Under the pieces are notes generated by a model, which worked only from the letters and a program-made list of their open reading frames with translations, was not told the origin of the DNA and searched no databases. A stretch of 64,000 bases of DNA, taken from NCBI GenBank assembly GCA_023411115.1, contig JAEYPF010000020.1, positions 10,052 through 74,051 on the forward strand. Direction: 5' to 3'. Made by a program: the position numbers and the translations under genes. The stretch comes from Methanobacteriota archaeon. Lineage in GTDB: Archaea > Methanobacteriota > Methanobacteria > Methanobacteriales > Methanobacteriaceae. The number at the start of each line of letters is the position of its first letter. Position 1 is the stretch's first letter. Of the stretch, positions 49,946 to 60,425 are shown piece after piece.

Positions 49946-50794
49946 TTACAATTTAAGGGATCTGAAATTTCGAACTTTCTCTTTATCATCTTCATTTTTT
50001 AATATAACTCCCTGAATTTTTTTAAATAAATCATCGTCCAGTTCTTCTTTATCCATAGATAGCAGAGCTTTAACAAGGTCAACTGTGGCGCGAATAGATG
50101 GTTTTTTCATAAGTTTCAGCCTTCTTATTCTCTGCATAAGCTCAACTATGCTGATTACGGTTTCCTGGGGAGCTTCTGGCAGGTGCATATTTACTATCTC
50201 CATTTCTCTTTTGAAATTTGGATAATCGATGTAAAGGTGGAGGCAACGATCTTTTGTTTCATTTAGAAGCTGTCTCCTTGAATTTGAGGTTATAACCATC
50301 AAAAGGTTGTTTTCAAGATTAAAAGTTCCGAGATCATTTATTGTAATTTCTTTTTCTGCCATAGCCTGAAGTAAGAAACTTTCAACTTCTTCATCAGCCT
50401 TGTCTAGCTCATCTATTAATATAACTGACGGATTTTTGTTTTTAAAGGCAGATAACAGGGATCTTTTTATAAAAAATTCTTCGTGGAATATGTTTGTATT
50501 CTGTTTTTCTATCCTGGCCATCTCCAAAAAGAGAAGCTGTTTTTGGTAATTCCATTCTCCCACAACCTGCTCAAAGGTTATTCCCTCATAACATTGTATC
50601 CTGAAAAAATCTCTCTTCAGGGATTTTGCAAGAGCCTTTGCAAGTTCTGTTTTACCAGTTCCAGGCGGGCCTTCAATTAAAATGGGCTTTTTTAAGGATA
50701 GAGCTACAAAAATTATGGTAGCTATTTTATCATCAGGAACATACTTATTTTCAATTAGAGATTCATTTATATGGTTTATATTTAAATTTTCCAT
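49946..50794 (-). CDS. MoxR/CoxD-like AAA+ ATPase
   Basis: 282 aa from ATG 50794 (RBS aaggtg) with Walker [10 protein letters not shown], Walker [13 protein letters not shown] and RIQCYEG. Confidence 0.85.
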   Translation of the reverse strand: MENLNINHINESLIENKYVPDDKIATIIFVALSLKKPILIEGPPGTGKTELAKALAKSLKRDFFRIQCYEGITFEQVVGEWNYQKQLLFLEMARIEKQNTNIFHEEFFIKRSLLSAFKNKNPSVILIDELDKADEEVESFLLQAMAEKEITINDLGTFNLENNLLMVITSNSRRQLLNETKDRCLHLYIDYPNFKREMEIVNMHLPEAPQETVISIVELMQRIRRLKLMKKPSIRATVDLVKALLSMDKEELDDDLFKKIQGVILKNEDDKEKVRNFRSLKL

Positions 50795-50939
50795 GGTTTG
50801 CACCTTCAAATAATTAAAATCCTTTAATTGTATATGTATCCTTATATAATTAATACGTTTCAGCATTTTAATATGAAAAAATATTTAACTTAAAAAAAAT
50901 GTATATCATGGATTTAAAAAATATGGATTTATGGTACGT

Positions 50940-51425
50940 TCAAGGATTTTTAAGGGCAACAATTAGTTTCAGGTCTACTAATTTCCATACAAGAGTTCTA
51001 TCTTCTTCCTGGATCTTTTGGATCGGTTCATCCGGGGAGTGACCTAAAGCCGCCAGAGCATTATTTGAGAGATTTTTATCCTTAATCATCTTTATAAACA
51101 TTTCTTTGATCTCTTTTTTATCAGGATCATCTTTCATTTCTTCTATACGTCCCTGTAAAGTGACGAATCTATAATTGGACATATCTTTTGCATACTGTTC
51201 TATTTCCACAGCTACATTTGGATTTCGCTCAATTTCACCAATTTTTTTACCATACTTCGTTGATAGGAAATAGAGAAATTTTCCGTCAAATACATACATG
51301 AATGGAGTGATATATGGATAATTATCTCCTTTAAATGCAATTCGACCAATAAAATTTTGATTTATTAATTCATCATATTCTTCTTTTTCCATGGGTGGAA
51401 TTTTTAGCATATTCATAAACAACAC
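50940..51425 (-). CDS. Pyridoxamine 5'-phosphate oxidase-family (FMN-binding split-barrel) protein
   Basis: 161 aa with NFIGRIAFKGDNYPYITPFMYVFDGKFLYFLSTKYGKK...NPNVAVEIE. The start codon is uncertain among several Met. Confidence 0.72.
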   Translation of the reverse strand: MLFMNMLKIPPMEKEEYDELINQNFIGRIAFKGDNYPYITPFMYVFDGKFLYFLSTKYGKKIGEIERNPNVAVEIEQYAKDMSNYRFVTLQGRIEEMKDDPDKKEIKEMFIKMIKDKNLSNNALAALGHSPDEPIQKIQEEDRTLVWKLVDLKLIVALKNP

Positions 51426-51601
51426 CTTGTTATAATTATGAATTTTATTATTAAAAAAAATTTTTAGTAATGATGTTTCATTATGAAAAGAATTAAATTA
51501 AACTGAGATAAAAATAGGAGTTTTAGATGCCCTAAAATAACAATATAAATTCAATTAAAACCCTGATAAATTTTTAGGTTAATTATTGGCTCTAAAAATG
51601 G

Positions 51602-52741
51602 TTAATCTATTTTAAACCCATTAACGGCTTTAATAACATTGTATGGATCGTCTGAAATCACGCTGCTTCCATATAATTCCATAGCACCTATATCTGCAGT
51701 TGGTTTAAAAATACTGCCCCTGTCTACAATCCGTATTACATATGGGAGAAAGGTTTCACCAATTGGCGGACATGAAATAGCCATATTAAAACTACTGACG
51801 CCCAGCTCATCAATATAACACCGCAATACTCTATAAATGGCCTCTTTTACACTGTCAATGCCTGATGGATTATCCTTTGAGATGATTATAAATTCTTTTT
51901 CTTTAACAGGGGTGATACTTGCAAAACCATTTATATCGGAATCCAGGGCAAGTCCCAGTGCCTTATGAATGCTGTACAAATCCCTGAAATAATTTCGACC
52001 TGTTAACTGCATTCTGTTACGGAAATTTCTTCTTAAAAACTGCGGTTTTGCATAATGGATGTTATCTGTCATTAAAACCTGGGCATGACCATGAATCTGT
52101 GAAGCACCTGCCTTTTGAAGACAGTTCCATAGGAAAAATGGATATGTAAACTGATTATCATGGTTATTAACCTTTTTAAACCATTTAAACCCAGTTTCTA
52201 TATAATCAGAAAGTTCTTCAAGGTTAAAATCAAGGGGGTTGTGTTTTTTAAAAAATATTATACTATTCCATGCATCCGATTTAGCAATATTCGCGCCAGT
52301 GATGCAGTGTTTACCCTGAACCCTTCCAAACACATCTTCAGGAGTATATTTTTCAGGTTCACAGAAGTCGCAGTTTTCTTCAGATTTTTCAATAAGTTCT
52401 TGGATCTTCTTTTGCTCTTGATTTCGCTCTTCTGCCTTCATTCCAGGCCTGCTTGCCCTTAAAGAATTAAACAATGACCCTTCTCCAGTCCATTTGTTAT
52501 ATGTTTTAACCACTGTTTGGGTTCTTATTCTTTCAGCGACTTCTTTTTTTGTTTCTGTAATGTTTCCCTGCTCATCTCGATTTCCAAAATAAGTATGAAC
52601 TTTATCTTGGAAGGAGGAGGGAATTTTTATTTCTCCATTGGCACTTGAGACATGAAAAATACTGTTAAAAAGCGTGAATAATTCTTTATCTTCTTCTTTT
52701 AATTTATTTACATTTTTTTCCAGATCTAAAATGGAACTCAT
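51602..52741 (-). CDS. GalT-branch HIT-superfamily nucleotidyltransferase/phosphorylase-like protein
   Basis: 379 aa with NSLRASRP, a Zn-type CDFCEPE and the histidine motif KAGASQIHGHAQV (HxHxQ). The ATG overlaps the upstream stop (ATGA). Confidence 0.6.
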   Translation of the reverse strand: MSSILDLEKNVNKLKEEDKELFTLFNSIFHVSSANGEIKIPSSFQDKVHTYFGNRDEQGNITETKKEVAERIRTQTVVKTYNKWTGEGSLFNSLRASRPGMKAEERNQEQKKIQELIEKSEENCDFCEPEKYTPEDVFGRVQGKHCITGANIAKSDAWNSIIFFKKHNPLDFNLEELSDYIETGFKWFKKVNNHDNQFTYPFFLWNCLQKAGASQIHGHAQVLMTDNIHYAKPQFLRRNFRNRMQLTGRNYFRDLYSIHKALGLALDSDINGFASITPVKEKEFIIISKDNPSGIDSVKEAIYRVLRCYIDELGVSSFNMAISCPPIGETFLPYVIRIVDRGSIFKPTADIGAMELYGSSVISDDPYNVIKAVNGFKID

Positions 52742-54111
52742 ATGACGCCCTCTTTAACTAGCGGATATCCGGCGGCTTTCCAGGCACGTATGCTGCCCAG
52801 AACATTAGCAACTCCTTCATACTGGTTATTTTTTAATATACTTGTTGCAATACTGGCTCTATTTCCTGTATCACAGTATACAACAATATATTTGTCTTTT
52901 GGTACTTCATTAAGGCAGTATTGTAAGTCCCCAACATAGATATGATATGCACCTTCAATGTATCCTTCTTCCCATTCCCTAAGCTCTCTTACATCAAGTA
53001 TAAATATAGATTCATCGTTCTGGCGCTTTTTTAAATCATGTACAGACCAGGTATCCACAGTTTCTATTTTCTCTCCACTGTTAGACCAGCTTGTAAACCC
53101 GCCTGATAAATATCCAAATACATTGTCGTATCCAAGTCTTATAAGGTACCTCATAATTTGATTAATGGATTCATTGCTTTCATCGATTATTGTAATGGGG
53201 TCTTCATAATTGAGCATCCATCCCGCAAAATAAGTCAGTCCATGTTTCCATATATTCAAGGTGCTGGGGACATGGCCTCCTGCATAACTTGCAGCCATTC
53301 TAACATCAACGACCTGAGTGTCGTTAATATGGTCTTTAAATTCTTTCAGGGTTAATGGGTATGGATATGGAAGCCTGCAAAGGATAGGTGCTCCATATTT
53401 ATTGTATTCGGCCATTTTATCGAAATAAGGGGCTTTAACCAATTTTTCCTTTAATTTAAATTCAATGAAATCTTTCTTATTCATCTGAAGGGCATGATTG
53501 GTTTTCTTTTCATATCCTATGGTTGTAAATTCACTTTCACGGATATCTGCCCCACATACTGAACCGGAACCATGTGCAGGAAATACCAAAACATGGTCAC
53601 CTAGGAGAAGTATTTTTTCAAACAGGCTGTCATGAAGTTTTTCTGCCATTTCATGCACTTTATTTTCACCATAAAGATCAGTTCTTCCTACTTCACCAGC
53701 AAAAAGTGCATCACCTGTAAAAACCATATATGCATCATCAGATACGTTTTTATCCTTTAATACTAAGGATATACTCTCATCAGTATGTCCGGGTGTTTCA
53801 AGAATTTTTAATTCTACAGAACCTATATTAAATGTATCTCCTTCGCTTACAGAGTTCCCATATGCGAAATCTAAATTTTTGCCATGGTATATTTCTGCAT
53901 TAACTCTTTTTGAAAGCTCACGTGAACCAATTACATAATCTTCATTACAGTGAGTTTCAAATATGTGAGTTATTTTCATATCATGCTTTTTTGAAAAATC
54001 TACATAAGAATCACAGTCCCTTCTAGGATCTATAACTGCAGCTTCCCCTTTTGATCCTATAAAATATGATTTATGTGCTATTCCTTCACTTTTAATTATT
54101 TCAAATATCAT
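52738..54111 (-). CDS. Metallo-beta-lactamase-fold protein fused to two rhodanese domains
   Basis: 457 aa with an MBL core (ETHCNEDYVIGS, ETPGHTDES, FTGDALFAGEVGRTD, FPAHGSGSVCG). The first rhodanese domain has no active-site Cys. The second has YCDTGNRAS. Confidence 0.85.
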   Translation of the reverse strand: MIFEIIKSEGIAHKSYFIGSKGEAAVIDPRRDCDSYVDFSKKHDMKITHIFETHCNEDYVIGSRELSKRVNAEIYHGKNLDFAYGNSVSEGDTFNIGSVELKILETPGHTDESISLVLKDKNVSDDAYMVFTGDALFAGEVGRTDLYGENKVHEMAEKLHDSLFEKILLLGDHVLVFPAHGSGSVCGADIRESEFTTIGYEKKTNHALQMNKKDFIEFKLKEKLVKAPYFDKMAEYNKYGAPILCRLPYPYPLTLKEFKDHINDTQVVDVRMAASYAGGHVPSTLNIWKHGLTYFAGWMLNYEDPITIIDESNESINQIMRYLIRLGYDNVFGYLSGGFTSWSNSGEKIETVDTWSVHDLKKRQNDESIFILDVRELREWEEGYIEGAYHIYVGDLQYCLNEVPKDKYIVVYCDTGNRASIATSILKNNQYEGVANVLGSIRAWKAAGYPLVKEGVI

Positions 54112-54447
54112 ATCATTATCCTCAGCCTGTTTTTTATGTATGGTGCAAAAGAACTTTTTTAACTTGATTCAGCTAAAATCAGCATTGAATCCACAGTAAA
54201 TAAGATTTTAGTTCATTTATTTTTTAATGGATTTATGTACCAATTATGCAGTTGTATTATTATTTTTATAATAAAAAGCATATATAATTTATGCAGCCGA
54301 ATTTAAAGATATTAAAACGTGAAAATAGGAAATATAAGATTAAATTGAGGTATAATGCTGAATTTAACCCAGATATATGATTTCTAACACTTAAACAGCA
54401 TATTAATTCATTAATATTTTAGAAACTATATGAATTACTTTTGGTTA

Positions 54448-54654
54448 TCATTTTTTAAATAAAACATTTGAAACTAATGTCATAAAATTATTTATTAACG
54501 CAGTTAGGAGTACAAAACACATTAAAAAGCTTATGAATGTCACAAAAATTGTAGCTATGTCGATAATTTCCAGATTACTCTGAAAACCTTTAATAAAAAT
54601 AAATCCTCCAATTACTGAAAAAATAATTAAAATGGTTATATGATCGGTCTTCAT
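54448..54654 (-). CDS. Possible small two-helix membrane protein
   Basis: 68 aa and hydrophobic (ILIIFSVIGGFIFI, FVTFISFLMCFVLLTALI). It sits alone in a 0.9-kb AT-rich gap, and I saw no clear RBS. Confidence 0.25.
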   Translation of the reverse strand: MKTDHITILIIFSVIGGFIFIKGFQSNLEIIDIATIFVTFISFLMCFVLLTALINNFMTLVSNVLFKK

Positions 54655-55014
54655 AACAATATGATATATGTAATACTAAGTTATTAAATTTTATTAAATT
54701 TAATTCTTACTCATACATCTAATTGACAACATAAACCAACATAACTCGTTGTAAAATTTTTACTAATATTATGATAACCAATTGCAATATCTCTAAATTT
54801 TTTACAAGAATAATTTAATCACAGCATTGAGTTATTTTGCCTTTTTACAGGTTTGTAGTTCTATTTTCTGTTTATTTAATCAATCTTCAAAAATTATTTA
54901 AAAATATATATCTTTTCAAGAACAAATTATAATAAAGTTGTAATCTGTTTGATTAAGTAATACTTTTACTATATATTTTATAACAAAAATCAGGGCAAAC
55001 TGCGAGGGGTAATT

Positions 55015-55959
55015 ATGACAAATATTATAGAAACTAATGATATCACCAAAAGATACGATGATTTCATCGCTGTAGATTCTGTTGATTTGAATGTCCCTAG
55101 AAATACTGTATATGGTGTACTGGGGCCTAATGGGGCAGGTAAAACTACTCTTATATCTATGCTGTGTACGATACTGCATCCTACATCAGGAACAGCTAAA
55201 GTGAACGGTTATGATATAGTAAAACAGGCAAAGGAAGTAAGGGCATCTATAGGGATAGTATTTCAGTCTAGAGCTCTCGATGATATTTTAACAGGTAGAG
55301 AACATCTAGAAATGCATGCTTCTCTGTATGGGGTTCCTAAAGATGTCAGGCAGGAGCGTATAGATGAAATTTTAGAACTTATAGCCCTGGGGAAAAAAGT
55401 AGATGAATACGTAAAAACGTATTCTGGTGGGATGAAACGCAGGCTTGAAATTGGTCGAGGGCTTATACACCACCCTAAAGTGCTTTTTTTAGATGAACCT
55501 ACCCTTGGGCTGGATCCTCAAACCAGGGAAAGTATCTGGGACTACATTTACAATATGACTCAGACCCAGGATATTACAGTCCTTTTAACCACCCATTACA
55601 TGGAAGAAGCGGATAAGTTATGTGATGAAGTAGCCATCATAAATAAAGGCCAGATAATAACTGCAGATTCTCCACGTAACCTTAAAAGGGAATTAAAAGC
55701 TGATACAATAACTCTTAAGGTCAGTGATCCGGAAACATTTGTAGAAAAGGCTAAAAAACTGGAATTTACAAAGGATATCTTCCTCATGGGTGAAGAAGTG
55801 AAGATGATGGTGGAAAGAGGTGAAAATTTAGTGCCAGACGTGGTAGAATTTGCCAGCTCAAATGGTATACACATAAATTCTATAGAAGTGGAACATCCTA
55901 ACTTAGAAGACGTTTTTATCAAATATACAGGATCTCGTATAGTTGGGGAGGGAAAATAA
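55015..55959 (+). CDS. ABC transporter ATP-binding protein (ABC-2/DrrA type)
   Basis: 314 aa with Walker A GPNGAGKTT, signature YSGGMKRRL and Walker B LFLDEPTLGLD. Confidence 0.9.
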   Translation: MTNIIETNDITKRYDDFIAVDSVDLNVPRNTVYGVLGPNGAGKTTLISMLCTILHPTSGTAKVNGYDIVKQAKEVRASIGIVFQSRALDDILTGREHLEMHASLYGVPKDVRQERIDEILELIALGKKVDEYVKTYSGGMKRRLEIGRGLIHHPKVLFLDEPTLGLDPQTRESIWDYIYNMTQTQDITVLLTTHYMEEADKLCDEVAIINKGQIITADSPRNLKRELKADTITLKVSDPETFVEKAKKLEFTKDIFLMGEEVKMMVERGENLVPDVVEFASSNGIHINSIEVEHPNLEDVFIKYTGSRIVGEGK

Positions 55960-56723
55960 TGCCTGAACTAGAGGGAATGTACACTATATGGCTTAGAGAG
56001 ACCAAAAGGTATATAAGGTACCGTTCAAGGATTTTAACTTCGGTGGTAACTCCTCTATTATGGCTTTTAATATTTGGAACTGGTTTGGGCAGCGCTATCC
56101 GGTTTGGAGGAATTCCTGGCGGATATCAAGCGTTTATTTACCCTGGTATCATTGGCCAAACCATTTTATTCACCACCATATTTTCAGGACTTTCAGTGAT
56201 TATGGACAGGCAGTATGGTTTCTTAAAAGAAATAATGGTGGCACCGATAACCCGTCCATCTATTATACTGGGTAAGTCACTTGGTATTGGTACAGCAGCG
56301 TTGATTCAGGGAGTTATTCTTCTGTTACTGTCCTTTGTGGTTGGAGTAACAATGACTGTTCCAGCATTTTTAATCAGTGTTGTGTTGATAATCATCATAT
56401 CCTTAGGTTTTGCTGGTCTTGGATTGTTAATAGCTTCATTAACAGACAGTCTGGAAGGATTTAACCTCATAATGAGCTTTATCGTACTGCCAATATTCCT
56501 GTTAAGCGGAGCACTTTTCCCTGTAACAGGACTTCCAAGCTGGCTTCAGTTTGCAGTATACCTGGATCCTCTTACCTACGGGGTTGATGCCCTTCGAAAT
56601 GTTATTTTGCACCAATCAGCACTTCCACTTGAGCTTAGTATAGCAGTCATATCGTTCTTTGCTGTGCTAATGATTTTTGTATCTGCATACATGTTTACCA
56701 AGAGAGAACAGGGATTGATGTGA
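55959..56723 (+). CDS. ABC-2 type transporter permease
   Basis: 254 aa with 6 helices. The start overlaps the ATPase stop (TAATG). Confidence 0.85.
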   Translation: MPELEGMYTIWLRETKRYIRYRSRILTSVVTPLLWLLIFGTGLGSAIRFGGIPGGYQAFIYPGIIGQTILFTTIFSGLSVIMDRQYGFLKEIMVAPITRPSIILGKSLGIGTAALIQGVILLLLSFVVGVTMTVPAFLISVVLIIIISLGFAGLGLLIASLTDSLEGFNLIMSFIVLPIFLLSGALFPVTGLPSWLQFAVYLDPLTYGVDALRNVILHQSALPLELSIAVISFFAVLMIFVSAYMFTKREQGLM

Positions 56724-56782
56724 ATCTCAATTCTCTTATTTTTTTTAAAAACAGCTAATTTAAAATATATAAATTAAATAAT

Positions 56783-57247
56783 TTAATCGCCGTTGTCCCT
56801 TGCCTTTTTTAATAATTCCATTTCGCGAAGCAGCATCTCTTTTTTCTTTCTAAGGCTTTTATCTCCATATTCTTTGACAATTATTGGTTCATACTTATGG
56901 GAACGGTTTGATTTTTTTTCTTTATCCTCTGCAATGGCATGGTTAATTCTATAATTGAGGTCTCGCCTTAAACGTGCTTCTTCTTCATGTTCTTTATTTT
57001 CTTTTAACATTTCCATCTGGAAGGTTACAAGGTTTTTCTTATTAATTGAATAAAATAAACCTTTTTTATCTCCGCCTGCATCATCAGTTACGGTATTTAG
57101 ATCTTCTGGCCTGTCATTCATGTATTCATCAATGGTATCGTAGTATTTAAGCTCATTACCACATTCACATGTATGAAAATCATCCAGTTCTCTTTCATTT
57201 TCAATTTCATAGTAAACATTGCATTTATCGCAGATTAAATACGGCAT
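56783..57247 (-). CDS. Zinc-ribbon protein with a charged coiled-coil tail
   Basis: 154 aa with CDKC...(17)...CECG at the N-terminus, followed by a Lys/Glu-rich helix. Confidence 0.5.
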   Translation of the reverse strand: MPYLICDKCNVYYEIENERELDDFHTCECGNELKYYDTIDEYMNDRPEDLNTVTDDAGGDKKGLFYSINKKNLVTFQMEMLKENKEHEEEARLRRDLNYRINHAIAEDKEKKSNRSHKYEPIIVKEYGDKSLRKKKEMLLREMELLKKARDNGD

Positions 57248-57426
57248 GATGGCACCTTTAAATAAAATTGATATTAATACATTTCAGATTAATCAATAAA
57301 AATATATGCATATAATAAATTTAAAATAAAACAGTGATATGGAAAATGCTATTTTTAATGAATTGGTTATAAGTCAGAGATTGAATTAATAAAACATAAA
57401 AATTAGATATAATATGGTGGGTTAAA

Positions 57427-57885
57427 ATGAAAAGTTCAGAGTTATTTTCAAGGCTTAAAAAGGATATGGAAAAATATAAATCAAGAATGGAGCAGGTTAA
57501 GGAGCGTAATAATAAAGAAAGTAATTCTACCCGCAGCATTATGTCCAGATATAATTTAGAAAACTTCAACGAGATAGTAAACTCCTCATTTGAAGGGCCT
57601 GATGAGGAAATCCCTGAAGAAAAATTGAAAGATTTTCAGGACAGGATTGACCATTTTTTCAGTTTACATTTTCCTGATGATGAGGATTTTCAGGAATTCA
57701 TTAAGGCAATATCAACATACTTAACTTTTATAGCTAAAAAACCACTGCATCCTCCAGGAATTGTATTTTCAAACCAGAAGGACGTATATAAAAAAGATAA
57801 TGTTTATCATTGCTCTGGAAAACCTATATTTATAAAAGATAAATTTTCACTTTGTAAATATTGTGCCTGTAGAAGCAGTACTTGA
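57427..57885 (+). CDS. Hypothetical protein, short paralog of 37883..38455 (UPF0305/DUF2115-like?)
   Basis: 152 aa. The C-terminal block is ISTYLTFIAKKPLHPPGIVF...VYHCSGK...CKYCAC, to compare with TFILEEAVHPPGTPF...IYLCPVK...CGFC in the other copy. Confidence 0.35.
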   Translation: MKSSELFSRLKKDMEKYKSRMEQVKERNNKESNSTRSIMSRYNLENFNEIVNSSFEGPDEEIPEEKLKDFQDRIDHFFSLHFPDDEDFQEFIKAISTYLTFIAKKPLHPPGIVFSNQKDVYKKDNVYHCSGKPIFIKDKFSLCKYCACRSST

Positions 57886-57891
57886 AATAGA

Positions 57892-59013
57892 TTAATCACG
57901 TGACATCATTCTTGATAGAAGACTTTTCTCCAGCTTAATAGCCTTTTCTGGACACATTTCACTGCAGCACATACAGTTTATACATTCTGGATAATTAAAT
58001 TCAGGTATTTCGATACCTGCACTTAAAGCTCCCACAGGACAGTTTTTAATGCACCTGCCACATTTAGTGCAAATTTCAGGATCAATTGCAGGCCTTGACC
58101 ACCAGAATCTCATTAACCCCTTTGCAATAGATGATGGAACTCTGTCTAATGATATTATAGTTGAAGGCCATTTAAAATCAGTTATCGCCTCTGGTTGATA
58201 CCCAACAACTTCAATTTTACTGATATCTACTTCTCCAAGCCCCCGTTCGTATGCATTTTTGTTGGTAGCTATTTTTAGGGGATCTCTTCCTAAAACATGG
58301 CTGATGAAACTATCAATGGCAACTCCGTCAGTTGAAGCTAAAATCATTCCCAGTTCTTTGGGGTCTCCAGCAGATGGCCCGCTGCCTTCCATCCCTATTA
58401 CTCCATCAACAATATTTAAACCTGGTTTTGACAGTGCAAATATATCAACAACCAGTTCCGCAAAATCAGATGGTTTTGGAGCTTCCTTATGGTAGTTAAC
58501 TTTTGTAAGCCCTGGAACAGTACCGTACATGTTTTTAATGGCGCAGGTTAAAATGGTAAGGCCATGGGTCTTGATTTTAGGCACATTAATTATAAAATCA
58601 ACATCTAAAACGGGCTTTGCTATAAAATAGTGGCCCCCATTGATCTTCTTCTTATAAACACCTGCAGCTTCAAAATTTAAAATTTCTATATCAAGACGCT
58701 TGCAGACTTCTTCGATACCTGTAATTTTCCAGTGTTTATCTACATTGCCCACAAGCCCTCCGGGACTGTCGCCAACTAATGGAACGGCGCCTGTTTTTTT
58801 AACAGCCATAATAATGGCTTCAATTAATGCAGGATGTGTTGTAATAGCTTCTTCAGGAGCCTTTGCAAGAAGTATGTTTGGTTTAATCAAAACTCTGTCA
58901 TCTGGTTTAATTAATGATGAAAGCCCACCTAAATTATCCAGGCAATTATTAACTGCAGCCTGTACTTCTTTTATATGGTATGAATTACACTCTGATATAC
59001 TAACTGAGACCAT
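57892..59013 (-). CDS. DUF362-domain protein with a C-terminal 2x[4Fe-4S] ferredoxin domain
   Basis: 373 aa with DRVLIKPNIL, VPKIKTHGLT, CTKCGRCIKNCP and CINCMCCSEMCP. Confidence 0.8.
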   Translation of the reverse strand: MVSVSISECNSYHIKEVQAAVNNCLDNLGGLSSLIKPDDRVLIKPNILLAKAPEEAITTHPALIEAIIMAVKKTGAVPLVGDSPGGLVGNVDKHWKITGIEEVCKRLDIEILNFEAAGVYKKKINGGHYFIAKPVLDVDFIINVPKIKTHGLTILTCAIKNMYGTVPGLTKVNYHKEAPKPSDFAELVVDIFALSKPGLNIVDGVIGMEGSGPSAGDPKELGMILASTDGVAIDSFISHVLGRDPLKIATNKNAYERGLGEVDISKIEVVGYQPEAITDFKWPSTIISLDRVPSSIAKGLMRFWWSRPAIDPEICTKCGRCIKNCPVGALSAGIEIPEFNYPECINCMCCSEMCPEKAIKLEKSLLSRMMSRD

Positions 59014-59040
59014 CTGTTGTTCTCCTGCGTCTAAAATTCA

Positions 59041-59226
59041 TTATTCACAAACCCTGTCCTCATCTTCTATATCAATATATTCAAAGCCTTCTTTTCTGCA
59101 CCATTCATAGAGGGCTTCAGTAGCGCCCCTTGAAAGACGGCCCTGTTTATCTCCATATTTTTTTCTTGTTATTCTTCTAAATGCTATTTCTAATTCATCT
59201 GGAATACATACCGTTATTGCGCCCAT
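59041..59226 (-). CDS. Small ribbon-helix-helix-like protein
   Basis: 61 aa with an MGAITVCIPDELEIAFRRI beta-strand plus helix pattern. It lies 27 nt upstream of the DUF362 gene. Confidence 0.4.
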   Translation of the reverse strand: MGAITVCIPDELEIAFRRITRKKYGDKQGRLSRGATEALYEWCRKEGFEYIDIEDEDRVCE

Positions 59227-59459
59227 GGAAATTCCTCTTTATAAATAGAATTGTCCGGTTAACAAATTAAAGTTATCTCATTTAGGGAAATATTTTGTGG
59301 ATTATATGGTAACACTGAATAATATTTGAGTTTTTAATGTTTAAAAAATAAATAATTAAAGTAGATTTAGTTAGGCCGTCTGTCTTCAAATTTGATAGGC
59401 ATGTTTCAATTCTACATTTTTTGGGCTTTATAAACAACAGCCTTCATTTTTTACACCAA

Positions 59460-60425
59460 TTAATCTCTAAATTCTGGTAAAATTTCCTTCTCGCAGAATT
59501 CTATGAAACCCGGTTGATCCGTACCTACATGCTGAATACAGACGTGATCAAAACCTGCTTTAGCATAATTTTTAATCTCATTTATGTGCTCCTGGGGGTC
59601 ACTGCTACAGATCACCTGTTCGGCAAGGATATCTTCATTAATTATTTCTCCAAGCTGTTCAAAATGAGACGGTGTAGGGAGATCACCATTTATTTGAACC
59701 GTATTTGCAGATTGCGGCCAGTATTCATATGCCATGTGCTTTGCTTCATCATCGTTTTCTGCCCAGCAGACTGTGGCTTCACCGTAGCACGGTTTACCCT
59801 CTCCTCCAGATTCTTTAAATTTCTTGGTAATTCTCTCTTTAGAGGATTGCGCTATTAAACCATCACTACTGATCCCGGCTAATTCTGATGCCATGTCTCC
59901 TTCTGCAGCTATATAAATTGGCGGTGATTCATCGGGTTTTGTGTAGATCTTTGCATTTTCAACGGTGTAATAGCAGCCATCGTAATCTTGCAGCCCTTCG
60001 CCACCATTCCAGAGAGTTCGAATTACATCAACAGCTTCTGCAAGCATGTCAATCCTTGTAGGGGTTGGGGGCCATTCATCACCTAAAATATGCTCATTTA
60101 GACTTTCTCCAGAGCCCACCCCCAGTATGAACCTTCCTGGAAGCATTGAAGCAGCTGTAGCTGCCGCCTGAGCTATAATTGCTGGATGTATCCTGAATGT
60201 TGGGCATGTAACGCCTGTAGCAAGAGGTATTCTTTCTGTAACCTGCGATATGCCTCCCAGTGTGCTCCAGACAAATGGACTGTTTCCCTCTTTATTTGTC
60301 CAGGGATGAAAATGATCTGAAATCATTGCAAAATCAAATCCTGCATCTTCAGCTTTTTTAGCATTACATACTAACTCCAAGGGAGGATATTTTTCACTGC
60401 CAAGTTTGTAACCAATTTCAACCAT
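59460..60425 (-). CDS. LLM-class F420-dependent oxidoreductase (G6PDH-like subfamily)
   Basis: 321 aa with FAMISDHFHPW, TGVTCPTFRIHPAIIAQAAAT and GRFILGVGSGESLNEH. Confidence 0.85.
   Translation of the reverse strand: MVEIGYKLGSEKYPPLELVCNAKKAEDAGFDFAMISDHFHPWTNKEGNSPFVWSTLGGISQVTERIPLATGVTCPTFRIHPAIIAQAAATAASMLPGRFILGVGSGESLNEHILGDEWPPTPTRIDMLAEAVDVIRTLWNGGEGLQDYDGCYYTVENAKIYTKPDESPPIYIAAEGDMASELAGISSDGLIAQSSKERITKKFKESGGEGKPCYGEATVCWAENDDEAKHMAYEYWPQSANTVQINGDLPTPSHFEQLGEIINEDILAEQVICSSDPQEHINEIKNYAKAGFDHVCIQHVGTDQPGFIEFCEKEILPEFRD

Noticed and set aside
54916-55179. 87-aa minus-strand ORF overlapping the start of the ABC ATPase gene.
   Set aside because: It overlaps the Walker A region of a clear ABC gene on the other strand, and its product is of low-complexity composition.
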